NCBI GenBank assembly: GCA_964016885.1 | Contig: OZ024743.1 | Span: 171,058,001 to 171,122,000, forward strand | From: Eledone cirrhosa | Taxonomy: Eukaryota | Reading direction: 5' to 3' | Length of the DNA: 64,000 nt | Shown: positions 27,486 through 40,061 of the stretch, piece after piece | Layout of the letters: each line of letters starts with the position of its first letter | Numbering within the stretch: the first letter of the stretch is position 1 | The notes under the pieces: generated by a model | Databases searched by the model: none | Told to the model about the DNA's origin: nothing | The model's input: only the letters and a program-made list of their open reading frames with translations | Program-made: the position numbers and the translations under genes

Positions 27486-28866
27486 TGATACTGGTGAAAT
27501 GGTGTATATTATTCGATATTTTCAGTAAAATCGATTCTCTCAATAGAACATCAAAAACCTTAATAATAAAAGGTGTGAAATTATATATAGTATTGGCATA
27601 ATACCAAGGTGTGTGTGAGTGTGTCCAGATTATACGTACTGCAAGGGGAATCCATCAGACCTTGTCGTATTGGAATACCTGTGTACAAATATGTATCTGG
27701 AGTGTGTCCAGAAATTGTATACTTGTGTACAAATTGTATATATGTATCTGGAGTGTGTCCAGAAATTGTGTACTTGTGTACAAATATGTATCTGGAGTGT
27801 GTCCAGATTGTACGTACTGCAAGGGGAATCCATTAGGCCTTGCCGTATTGGAATACTTGTGTACAAATATGTATGTGCTCATCAGTGTGCAATGCATGTG
27901 TGCGTTTATGTATGTGTGTGTGTCGGCACGTTTATATCTATAGACATCAAAAGGTATGCAAATTTGTGTATATTTGTGTTGCACCATAGAACATGTGTGT
28001 TTACGTATGTCATTGTGTTTATATGTGGGTAGAGATGTATGCTGATGTAGGTATGTATGTTGACGTGTGTATGTTGTGGGTTCGTCTTAGGGAGAGTGTT
28101 TAGACGGGGTCCGTATTTGTTAATAAAGTAAGATTCCTTGCTGATGCGCTGGGTGTGGGTGGCATTATCTTTAAATTTGTAGAGGGGAAAGATTCTGAAG
28201 TTGGGATGATTTTGGGCGGCACAGGTATCAATGTGTTATTTTTCTGTATTCCCATATTTTAATTTGGGATCTAATATATGTATTAACTTGCTCAGGTTGT
28301 CGAGAACAATACATAGGCCAGACCAAAAACAGCCTCCGCCAACGCATGACTGTCCATAGATACAAGTATACAATTTCTGGACACACTCCAGATACATATT
28401 TGTACACAGGTATTCCAATACGGCAAGGCCTAATGGATTCCCATTGCAGTACGTACAATCTGGACACACTCACACACACCTTGGTATTATCCCAATACTA
28501 TATATAATGTCACACTTTTTATTATTAAGGTTTTTGATATTCTATTGAGAGAATCGATTTTACTGAAAATATCGAATAATGTACACCATTTCACCAGTAT
28601 CACAAAAATAATTACTGGTCCACCCACACACACACACACACATTCTCACACACACACACACACGTGTATGCGCACACACGCACATATATACACACACACA
28701 TACACACGCGTACATTAACATACAAAGAGACATATACACACACACACACACACACACTTCTCCGTATAAGACAAGAGCTGAAAAATATCTTTTAACATGT
28801 TAAAATATCCCCCACACACTTACAGACACATTCCTACTGACCATCCCTCTACCACGAATTACTCTG

Positions 28867-28945
<79 letters not shown>

Positions 28946-29075
28946 TCTTAATAGGCATTTGAACTGTCAACAGGCTGCGGTTCCCACACATCCCTGCTGA
29001 CCATTATCACAACAACGAACCTCTTTACTACTACTACACACACACACATATTTGTTTTGAAAGACTTATTTTTCA
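27486..29075. mobile_element. Rearranged 3' remnant of the Neptune-like PLE family, both orientations
   Basis: Matches 48230-49470 and 59760-60840; 27486-27720 is inverted relative to 28360-28602. Confidence 0.85.
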
Positions 29076-29114
29076 GTGACTTCTCAATCAGCCGACACAA
29101 ACCTACATTTGGCG

Positions 29115-29929
29115 ATTTAAATTTGTCTAAGTACCACGGCCATTTGCCAATATCGTTTGTTTTTATTGATTTATTATTTTAAATCGAGACAGGCAAACTG
29201 TATTATTATAATTAGTATTTTTCAATCTAGCTAACTTAGTCATTTACAATACAAACACTTATATGTTGGTATTTGTGTTTTATCATATATATTAATTTAT
29301 ATTAACTTGTATTACACGGCTCAGAAATACTTCTTTCTTTGAGCTATTTCATTGTAAAGGACTGCTTGAGTTTAGAACTCATTATTCTTAGTATCACTGC
29401 TCCTTATGTAGAGCTAACTTTAGCCCCATATAAACGGCTGTTATTTCTAGCAGAACGAGTATGCGGCAGCTATAAACTGGAAAACCATGTGCGTTAAACA
29501 GTCTTTTTAAATATTTTGAAGTGAAGCATACCAATTGTTCAGGGTGCTTACTGAGGAGAGCTGAAGGGGGTATTCTTTCACTTTTTCATCTCGAAACTTA
29601 TTTGGATTTTGAAGTTTAAACTTATCTACGGAACAGGTTTGATTTTGAAATTTAAATTTGTCTAAGTACCACGGCCATTTGCCAATATCGTTTGTTTTTA
29701 TTGATTTATTATTTTAAATCGAGACAGGCAAACTGTATTATTATAATTAGTATTTTTCAATCTAGCTAACTTAGTCATTTACAATACAAACACTTATATA
29801 TTGGTATTTGTGTTTTATCATATATATTAATTTATATTAACTTGTATTACACGGCTCAGAAATACTACTTTCTTTGAGCTATTTCATTGTAAAGGACTGC
29901 TTGAGTTTAGAACTCATTATTCTTAGTAT
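29115..29929 (+). mobile_element. ORF-less 535-bp unit with about 280-bp terminal redundancy and internal HHR
   Basis: 29115-29394 repeated almost exactly at 29650-29929. Confidence 0.8.
29546..29621 (+). ncRNA. Type I hammerhead ribozyme candidate
   Basis: GCUUA-CUGAGGA-GAG..UGAAGGGG/UUUUUCA..CUC-GAAA-CUU/AAG-UU-UAAAC; GUU triplet; weak stem I. Confidence 0.65.
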
Positions 29930-29983
29930 ATATATATGTATACATATATATATATATATACACATATATGTATATATATATAT

Positions 29984-30096
<113 letters not shown>

Positions 30097-30106
30097 TTTT
30101 ATTTTA

Positions 30107-30192
30107 ATTTTATAGAAGGAGCTTCTACAGGACTAGTACTGTTTCATTCAGATGAAACAGTACTAGTCCTGTAGAAGCTCCTTCTATAAAAT
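30107..30192. repeat. Perfect 41-bp-arm palindrome with 4-nt loop
   Basis: ...CAGGACTAGTACTGTTTCAT TCAG ATGAAACAGTACTAGTCCTG... Confidence 0.95.
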
Positions 30193-30617
30193 AAAAAATG
30201 TTTACTCTGCCATGTATTGAGTACCTTACTTACTGTGGTTATCCCCGACTCAACCCGGGACCTACGTATATATATATATATATATATCAGAGCTAACTAC
30301 ACCGCCCGTTTGCTTGACAGGCATCCACTCTGTATAATCAGTTCCTGATTATTACTAGAATTCTATAAGAATCAAACATTCATGATTTTCAGCAAACAGG
30401 CGGAGTAGTTAGGTTTGATAAGCAACAAACAGTGCGAAACAGAGCTCTGTCAGCTTTATCCCCCCTGTTTGCTGAAAATTAAAGTAAGTGAGAGTGTCAC
30501 TACTCTAAAACAATAGCGTAAAGTCTTCGAAATGCTTTTAATTAAGCATACAGTGTTGCATAATACACTATATATACAATCATATATATATCGCTATTTC
30601 AGAGCACCAATTCTAAT

Positions 30618-30648
<31 letters not shown>

Positions 30649-30652
<4 letters not shown>

Positions 30653-31304
30653 AATATGATAATAATGGAGCTGCGGCGTTGCAAATGGGTTACATATGAA
30701 AAAGTGAGTCCTTCATCAGTGACCCTCCAACCGTCCTAGGCATTTCATCGCTTTAAGGGCCATATACCTCAGGTTGGTGCGAACAACGGCTAAAAAAAGT
30801 CGTTTGGACACGTAAATAAAGAGAACGTTAGGGTGAACAAACCAAATGGTTTAAGCAACAGAAAATGAGAAGAAAGAGACAAGTCCCAGATTTCTATGAA
30901 TATAAACTCGATAAAATCGTGAACGAGAGAATAAAGACCATCAAACCTGGTTGAAATATGAGCAAGGAAGGAATTTCGCACAGGTCTAACGGGGGGAAGA
31001 AGAAGGGGTCTGGTCTGCGAATTCGGTAAACATAAGTTCTGTGAAGTCGCAGACGAGAGAGAGAGAGAAAAAAAATTCATACCGGCTTGGCAAAGAGCGC
31101 GCGAGAAAAGAAATCGGACAGGTCAAGCGGGAAGAAAGAGGAGAGGAGGAGAGGTAGTGACAGGGTATGAGTGAGTGAAAGTTGAGGAAGAGGCTAACAG
31201 AGAGAGAGACTGCTAGAAAGGGTAAAGATACAAAGAACGAAACAGACGGGTGGCAGCAGAGGAAAAAATATATGTGTAAATATGATAATAATGGAGCTGC
31301 GGCG

Positions 31305-31306
<2 letters not shown>
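30649..31306 (-). repeat. 626-bp ORF-less unit with 32-bp direct terminal repeats, between (TA)n tracts
   Basis: TGTAAATATGATAATAATGGAGCTGCGGCGTT at 30649 and 31275. Confidence 0.75.
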
Positions 31307-31364
<58 letters not shown>

Positions 31365-31515
31365 ATACTTTGGGAGGGTCATGTTGCCAATAAGAAACAC
31401 ACGCACCAGTTGCTTTCACTTCAATTTAATTTATTATATATTTATAAATTTACAAATTTATAAATTTCTGGTTGGTTGGTTGGTTCCACAACCAGGTAGT
31501 TGTTTATATATATAT

Positions 31516-31560
31516 AGTCATAGTTCTTTCGTCACACACTCTGTGACCTCTTCAGTGACT
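31516..31560 (-). ncRNA. Minimal type I hammerhead (mirror copy in left arm)
   Basis: Reverse complement of 31679-31723. Confidence 0.72.
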
Positions 31561-31678
31561 GGGGATTTTTTTCTTCGTTTCTGTGCCTTTCCTTTCTTCT
31601 ATCCTACGCCATTTTGTTGAAACAAAATGGCGTAGGATAGAAGAAAGGAAAGGCACAGAAACGAAGAAAGAAATCCCC

Positions 31679-31723
31679 AGTCACTGAAGAGGTCACAGAG
31701 TGTGTGACGAAAGAACTATGACT
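31679..31723 (+). ncRNA. Minimal type I hammerhead ribozyme
   Basis: AGUCA-CUGAAGA-G-GUCACA/UGUGAC-GAAA-GAAC-UA-UGACU. Confidence 0.75.
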
Positions 31724-31936
31724 ATATATATATAAACAACTACCTGGTTGTGGAACCAACCAACCAACCAGAAATTTATAAATTTGTAAATTTATAAATA
31801 TATAATAAATTAAATTGAAGTGAAAGCAACTGGTGCGTGTGTTTCTTATTGGCAACATGACCCTCCCAAAGTATAACAATATCGGTTTCAACACACGATT
31901 TCAGATAAAGAATCTTGCTAAACAAATTCAGAAACG

Positions 31937-32010
<74 letters not shown>

Positions 32011-32180
32011 CCATACATACATATATATATATATACATACAAATATATTTAAGAGTTAAACAAGATTCAATGAATACATCAAAGAATGAGTTTTACCATA
32101 GATTAGAAGCACTCAACAGTTTTCATTTCCAGAGTTATTAATTCCAAATATTAACAAAATAGATATTTTTGTGATCAATT

Positions 32181-32249
32181 ATATTTTATTATACATATTT
32201 CAGAGGTACTGAATTAAGTTCAACAGTACGTCCTCATCAGATAAAATAA
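32181..32249 (-). ncRNA. Type I hammerhead in inverted pLTR
   Basis: Reverse complement of the motif at 33756-33822. Confidence 0.82.
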
Positions 32250-33755
32250 AATGATACATGACATACCCTGACATGGTAGATGGTTAAGATTTAATCAAGG
32301 TAGTGATTAACTTATGAGAAAACTCCATATTTATACCCTAAAATTGAGAACATGAGAAAACGTAATACAATCAATAGAGAGAGTGTGAGTAATATATTTT
32401 AAAAATACATGGCATCAAAATAACAGTTATAGAATTTTTAATATTAAAAAAAAAAAGAAAACTACTAGAGAAATGTGCGGGAGAGGAAAGCATAGAGGAA
32501 GAAGTAGCTGATGTTATAACTTATTTAGTATTTAGCTTGAGAAGACAGATGAAAGATGAATAGATAGAGAGAGAGAGACAAAGGGGAGTAATTTATGCTC
32601 AATTTCTACGTACACATATTCATATAAAGTTGGCGGTTAATTTTCAAAATATTTAATTTATGTTATTTCAGGGTAAAGAATCAAATTTTAGGTTTTAAAA
32701 GTTAATGGGTATTTGTATTAATATTATAATATAATTATGTTAAATTTCAAAAATTCAAATTTTATGAAGACAAATTTAAAGGATTTACGAAACCCGCGAA
32801 AGAAAGAAAATATACATATAATGTTCGATAACCCCACAAAGGTAATCTTTACCAAAATTACTTATAATATTGACAACAGTTTCTATAATGTAATTTATGA
32901 GATATTTATAGTTATAACTATTAAAGAATTTACTGTTAAATAGTTTGAGTGCCTAAAGTATTAACAGGTCTTATAATTAAACTTAAAGAAGTCAGAATTT
33001 TTAGCTATATATATGTGTGTATTGATCATAATATACCAAGGCTATAGTTTATTATTTGTTCATATATTGTATTAAGTAAATGATTAAATAAGTTCGACCT
33101 TCCAGGGAAAACCAAACACTTATAATAATGCCATTTGAGTGCTTAAATTATTTATATAAATGCAACTACGATTATGTTATTACACTAGATAAAGATATTT
33201 GTACAAACTATATATAGATATACTAGGTATTAATGAAACGGTATACATTTAATAAAAAATAGCAATTATAATCATTGCTAGAAGTTTTACCTCCAGTTCA
33301 GTGGATAAACAGACCAATATTTGTCAGCTATTATGGTTTGTTAAATATACATAATAAAGCAAAGCGCAAATCCAACTTTCTGAGTCTCCAAAAACCATCT
33401 CAAAATAAGTAAAATATATATATATATAAAATATGCAAACGCATGAATGATCGACAGTTCAAATTTTAATAAGTGAATTTACAGGTTAGATATCTAAACC
33501 ATATATTTAAAACAGAGACAGAAAAATAAAGATCTGAATCAAAGTTAAAAATACCCCAAAAAACCCTAGGTTATGCATATCTATCAAGTTATCAAACAAG
33601 TGTCATTCATTCAAACATTAATTCCATTATAAATGATTAGAAGATAAAGCATTATTAAAGTTTTATAAACCGTTATGGAGTTTTCTCATAAGTTAAACAT
33701 CTAGCTTGATTAAATATTAACCATCTACCATGTCAGGGTATGTCATGTATCATTT

Positions 33756-33822
33756 TATTTTATCTGATGAGGACGTACTGTTGAACTTAATTCAGTACCT
33801 TTGAAATATGTATAATAAAATA
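33756..33822 (+). ncRNA. Type I hammerhead in 5' pLTR
   Basis: UAUUUUAU-CUGAUGA-GGAC-GUACUG/CAGUAC-CUUU-GAAA-UAUGUA-UA-AUAAAAUA. Confidence 0.82.
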
Positions 33823-34024
33823 TAATTCATCACAAGAATATCTATTATATTAATATTTGGAATTAATATTAATAACTCTGGAAATGAAAACTGTAGAGTG
33901 CTTCCAATCTATTGTAAAACTCATTCTTTGATGTATTCATTGAATCTTGTTTAACTCTTAAATATATATAGCTCCCAGCTGGTTGAGCACTTTTCTATAC
34001 AATAGATTGCATATTCAATAAATT

Positions 34025-36308
34025 ATGGAAGTCTTAACCTTCCTGACATCCCTCAAGGATATACCATCTAGTGAGGAATACATGAGGAAAATTATCGAAC
34101 AAACAAACTCTTTTATAAGAAGAATGAGATGGCGAGCATTTAATTTCGAAAATAAAGATGCTAAAAGAAAACCAACAGCAATCATTTCGAAACTTTATTT
34201 AAATCAAGAAAGAACCTCCATACAACAAACTCCTGGAGGATTTTGAAACTGAAATGCTCGGTATACTTAATTTTATTTAGGAAAAACCCATATTTAGGAA
34301 ACCCATATTTAGGAAAAACCCATATATAGGTCACCAATACCTTAGAACTCTAAAAGAAAAAATCACGGAAATAAAAAAAGTTAATAAAATATTGGTAAAA
34401 TCGGACAAAACAAACAATTTATATGGGATAAATAAAGAATAATAAAATAACTTGATTTTAAAGGAACTTAGGAAAAATTATAAAAAGCCCCGGCTGAAGA
34501 TCTTACAGACATCAATAATGATGCATATAAATTAATTACCAAATTAAGAATCGAAGGAAGAACAGAGCCCCTTATACCTAGACAGCCGCGGATCAATTTT
34601 AAAGATCAGAAAATAAACTTCGAGGAAGACCTGCCAGTTAGACTGATTGCTCCATCCAAATCGGATATTGGAGTAATCAGTAAAAATATTATTGATAGAA
34701 TTCTACCTACTCTGGAATTGATGTCTAAATTGAGCTTGTGGAAAGATACAAACGAAGTCATTGAATGGTATAAGAATATAGATGATAAGAAAAACCGTAA
34801 ATTCATCCAGATGGACATAACAAGCTATTACTCTTCCATAACGCCCAACCTACTAAATAAGGCTCTATCATACGCTTACAAGCATACTGATCTAACTACG
34901 GATGAAATTGATATCATATTAACTGCTAGAAGAACTCTTAATAACTTCGACAATGAGTATTGGACACGCTCAGATAGAAATAGAAACTTCGACATTACCA
35001 TGGGGTCATCCGATTCAGCGCAAATCACAGGTATTCTGGGGATTTTCATCTTAAATATGATAAATAGAAAACTGCCGGAGATTACCGGTGGTTTATATAG
35101 GGACGATATTTTATTTACAGTTGACAAACACAACAATATAGAACTAAATAGAGTAAAGAAAAATATAATTGAATTCTTTAAAATTTACGACCTTAAACTA
35201 GAAGTAGAAAGTGGTACCAAAATAGTTAATTTCCTTGATGTTACCTTTAACTTCAACTCTGGTTTTTATTACCCTTTCCATAAGCCCAATGGAAATTTAA
35301 ATTACGTTAGTTATTACTCCAATCACCCTAAGTCAGTGAAAAAAGCAATTGAAAATAGCGTGCAAAAACGCATTAATAGAATATCTGCCAAGAAAGCAAT
35401 ATTTGATGAAAATGCAGGATATTACGATGATGCGCTGAAAAAGGCAGGTTATAAAAATAATATAGAATATGTAGAAAATAATAATCCAAGTTTTAATCCT
35501 GATAAAAATAATGGCATATATAAACGAAATCCTATAAATTCTAGTAATTATAATTCAAACACCTGTACTGTGAATAAATCGGGGAAAAGAACCAGAACTA
35601 AATCAGTTATATGGTTTGCCCCCCTCCCCCTGCTTCTGTAGCAGTAAGAACACCAACAGCTAATCTATTCTTTAAAGCTTTGGATAGCTCATTCCCTAGT
35701 CACATAAATACCATTCCATTTTTAGTAGACGCACTCTTAAATTATCTTATTCTACAACTATGAATATAGCCCAAAACATCGCTAAAATAAACAGTAAAAT
35801 TCTAAATCAAAATCAACATAATGATATTAATAATAGTGTTAATATAAATAATAATAAATCAAAATGTAATTGTAGAAATAAACCAGACTGCCCTCTGCAA
35901 AATAATTGTTTGGATAGAAATTTGGTGTATAAATGCACCGTAAAAACAAATAGCAACACATACAACTACATAGGAGCGACTTCTTCAACATTTAAAGCAA
36001 GATATGCGATTCACAAATGCTCATTCTCGAATTCTAATAGGAAGTCTTCGACTTCTTTATCACAGCTTATATGGTCATTAAAAGACAAACATTTAAAATA
36101 CTCGATCTTTTGGATGAAGCTTTGTAATAGTGGAGTTTATGTCAACTCTTCTATATAAATTAACTGCAGACTCTGTACAAAGGAGACCCTATTAATAATT
36201 AATAATTATGAAAACTTAATTAACAAAAAAAGTGAATTATTCTCAAACTGCCTTCATAAAACTTTGTCTACATTCCAAGCCTCGCAAAAAGTCAGGAAAA
36301 AACAGTAA
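34025..36308 (+). pseudogene. PLE RT-GIY-YIG polyprotein, frameshifted
   Basis: SLKDIP, FIRRMRWRA, KSDKT, FIQMDITSYY, FDITMGSSDSAQ, GGLYRDD, NFLDVTF, CNCRNKPDCPLQNNCL, YIGATS, CRLC. Confidence 0.93.
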
Positions 36309-37925
36309 GCAATCAAGCCTGATTTTCGATGTTTATCATCAACTGTTGAGCATATAAGTCATAACGGTTTATAAAACTTTAATAATACTTTATCTTCTAA
36401 TCATTTATAATGGAATTAATGTTTGAGTGAATGACACTTGTTTGATAACTTGTTTACTTGATAGATATGCATAACCTAGGGTTTTGGGGGATATTTTTAA
36501 CTTTGATTCAGATCTTTATTTTTCTGTCTCTGTTTTAAATATAAAGTTTAGATATCTAACCTGTAAATTCACTGATTATAATTTGAACTGTCGATCATTC
36601 ATGCGTTTGCATATTTTATATATATATATATACACTTTACTCATTTTGAGATGGTTTTTGGAGACTCAGAAAGTTGGATTTGCGCTTTGCTTTTTTATAT
36701 ATATTTAACAAACCATAATAGCTGACAAATATTGGTCTATTTATCCACTGAACCGGTGGTAAAACTTGTAGCAATGATTATAATTGCTATTTTTTTAATT
36801 AAATATATACCGTTTCATTAATACCTACTATATCTATATATAGTTTGTACAAATATCTTTATCTAGTGTAATAACATAATCGTAGTTGCATTTATATAAA
36901 ACTACTAACAGTGATTATAATTATTATTCTTTATTAAATGTATACCGTTTCATTAATACCTAGTATATCTATATATCGTTTGTACAAATATATTTATCTA
37001 GTGTAATAACATAATCGTAGTTACATTTATATAAATAATTTAAACACTCAAATGACATTATTATAAGTGTTTGGTTTTCCCTGGAAGGTCGAACTTATTT
37101 AATCATTTACTTAATACAATATATGAACAAATAATAAACTATAGCCTTGGTATATTATGATCAATACACACATATATATAGCTAAAAATTCTGACTTCTT
37201 TAAGTTTAATTATAAGACCTGTAAATACTTTAGGCACTCAAACTATTTAACAGTAAATTCTTTAATAGTTATAACTATAAATATCTCATAAATTACATTA
37301 TAGAAACTGTTGTCAATATTATAAGTAATTTTGGTAAAGATTACCTTTGTCGGGTTATCGAACATTATATGTATATTTTCTTTCTTTCGCGGGTTTCGTA
37401 AATCCTTTAAATTTGTCTTCATAAAATTTGAATTTTAGAAATTTAACATAATTATATTATAATATTAATAAAAATACCCATTAACTTTTAAAACCTAAAA
37501 TTTGATTCTTTACCCTGAAATAACATAAATTAAATATTTGAAAATTAACCGCCAACTTTATATGAATATGTGTATGTAGAAACTTGAGCATAAATTACTC
37601 CCCTTTGTCTCTCTCTCTATTTATTCATTTTTCATCTGTCTTCTCAAACTAAATAATAAATAAGTTATAACATCAGCTACTTCTTCCTCTATGCTTTCCT
37701 CTCCCCCATATTTCTCTAGTAGTATTTAAAATACTAAAAATTCTATAACTGTTATTTTGATGCCATGTATTTTTAAAATATATTACTCACACTCTCTCTA
37801 TTGATTGTATTACGTTTTCTCATGTTCTCAATTTTAGGGTATAAATATGGAGTTTTCTCATAAGTTAATCACTACCTTGATTAAATCTTAACCATCTCAC
37901 CATGTCAGGGTATGTGATGTATCAT

Positions 37926-37994
37926 TTTATTTTATCTGATGAGGACGTACTGTTGAACTTAATTCAATACCTCTGAAATATGTATAATAAAATA
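37926..37994 (+). ncRNA. Type I hammerhead in 3' pLTR
   Basis: Same motif as 33756-33822 with stem II substitutions. Confidence 0.8.
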
Positions 37995-38040
37995 TAATTG
38001 ATCAGAAGAATATTTATTTTGTTAATATTTGGAATTAATA

Positions 38041-38076
<36 letters not shown>

Positions 38077-38146
38077 ACATACACACATATATATATATAC
38101 ATACATATATATCCATACATACATATATATATATATACATACATAC

Positions 38147-38329
<183 letters not shown>

Positions 38330-38350
38330 CATATATATATACATACATAC

Positions 38351-38401
<51 letters not shown>

Positions 38402-39249
38402 AATATATGTATGTATATATATATATATGTGTATGTATATCCCAGTCGACAAACTTTTTCCACTTAACTTGATGTAAAACTTCAATTATAACTTTACTAA
38501 CAATGATTGTATTTATTATTTATTATATGTATATGGATCACTAATATCGTCTTGAGTTCCGAACAGAATACTCTATGTATATTTGGACAAATGTGTATAT
38601 CTAGTATAATAACACGCTTCTAGCTATATTTATAAGTACTTTAGATACTTAAGGACATTCTAGTGTTGTAATTGTTAAATATTTTCTAAATTATATAACG
38701 ATTATTATTTTTTAATTTATTTTAATTAAATTCGGATTACCTTGGGGTCAATGAAAATCTTAAGTTTTCTCTTTCTCATGTTTGCAGACACTTTAAATAT
38801 GATATTATACTACAATATAGATCCTTGAAAATATTTTTTTGTATTTTAAAATCATATAGCTTAGATATTTGGTACTTTTATGATCGCAAACAATTTACTT
38901 TTTTACTTTGAATCTGGTTCTTATCCTTATGATTCACGAAGTTTGATTTGTATATTTATAGTATTACATGATCCTAATATAATAACCTTAATTTTTATAT
39001 TATATTATATTATGTTATGTATAACTGACTAATATCGTCTTGAACTTTAGACAATATGCTCTTTGTATATATTTTAGACAAATGCATATATCTAATTTAA
39101 TAATACCCTTCTTTAAGTTTAATTATAAGGCCTTTAGATACTTTAAAGCATTCTAACTGTTAATTTAAAATTTTTAAGGTTATAACTGTAATTATTTTCT
39201 AAATTATATAATGTGAGTTATTTCAATATAAAAACATTTTTTTAAATAT

Positions 39250-39431
39250 AATTGTTTCTACTTTTGGCACAAGGCCAGCAATTATCCAGTACATTACTGG
39301 TACTTTATTTTATCGACCCTATAAGGATGAAAGGCAAAGTTAACCTCGGCGGGATTTGAACTCAGAATGGCAAGGGCCGTAACTCTATGCGCCAAAGCAT
39401 GGCGTCCAACCCTCTACCGATACTGCCAATT
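39250..39431 (-). mobile_element. tRNA-derived SINE
   Basis: Reverse complement of the SINE; resembles the 11617 variant. Confidence 0.92.
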
Positions 39432-39448
39432 CAAATATAATATAAGAT

Positions 39449-39633
39449 AATTGTTTCTACTTTTGGCACAAGGCCAGCAATTAATCAGTACATTACTGGT
39501 ACTTTATTTTATCGACCCCGTAAGGATGAAAGGCAAAGTGAACCTCAGCGGGATTTGAACTCAGACCGTATAGGGACGTAACTATGCTGGAAAGCATGGC
39601 GTCCGACTCTCTACCGATACTGCCAATCCACCA
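39449..39633 (-). mobile_element. tRNA-derived SINE
   Basis: Reverse complement of the SINE; TATAAGATAAT on both flanks (candidate TSD). Confidence 0.92.
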
Positions 39634-40061
39634 GTTATAAGATAATATAATTTAATATGGATTACCTTCGTGAGGATGAAAATATTAAGTATTCCTTCTC
39701 ATGTTTGCAAATACTTTAAATATGATTTTATAAATTAAATATAATAGTATACTTTAATATTAATATAGATATTTATAAACTTTTACAGCCTGAAATATTA
39801 TACATTTTGATTAATTCATTATTCTAAACTAACATAAATGATTTTAAATTTAACTGTCAGCCGGATAAGTTTGGATATATATAGTGTATATAATTAATTG
39901 TTAGTATATTTGTAATTAACTAAGGACACGTAATTAAACCTTTATATAATTACACCCAGATATATTTAATATTTAGATTGATGGATATTTCTAGATAATT
40001 CAAAAATTCAAGATTCTAGTTTAATCTTTCACAAATGTATATTCATGTGTTTGTATAGATA

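Larger units (their letters stand above)
31357..31880. repeat. Near-perfect fold-back palindrome, about 260-bp arms, 2-nt spacer at 31619-31620
   Basis: CCATTTTGTT GA AACAAAATGG centre; the same peptide is translated on both strands in the ORF track. Confidence 0.97.
32043..38041 (+). mobile_element. Near full-length Naiad-type PLE: inverted upstream 3' copy, 5' pLTR, ORF, 3' UTR/pLTR
   Basis: About 32140-33676 is the reverse complement of 36360-38041; 33675-33865 directly repeats 37847-38041; HHR in all three pLTR copies. Confidence 0.93.
38470..39900 (+). repeat. Diverged AT-rich tandem duplication (about 490-bp period) related to the PLE 3' UTR
   Basis: CTAATATCGTCTTGA at 38541 and 39029; CTTCTTTAAGTTTAATTATAAG shared with about 37195. 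Confidence 0.65.

Noticed and set aside
30287-30418. Small imperfect inverted repeat as a MITE
   Set aside because: Single copy in the window with no clear TSD; insufficient support.
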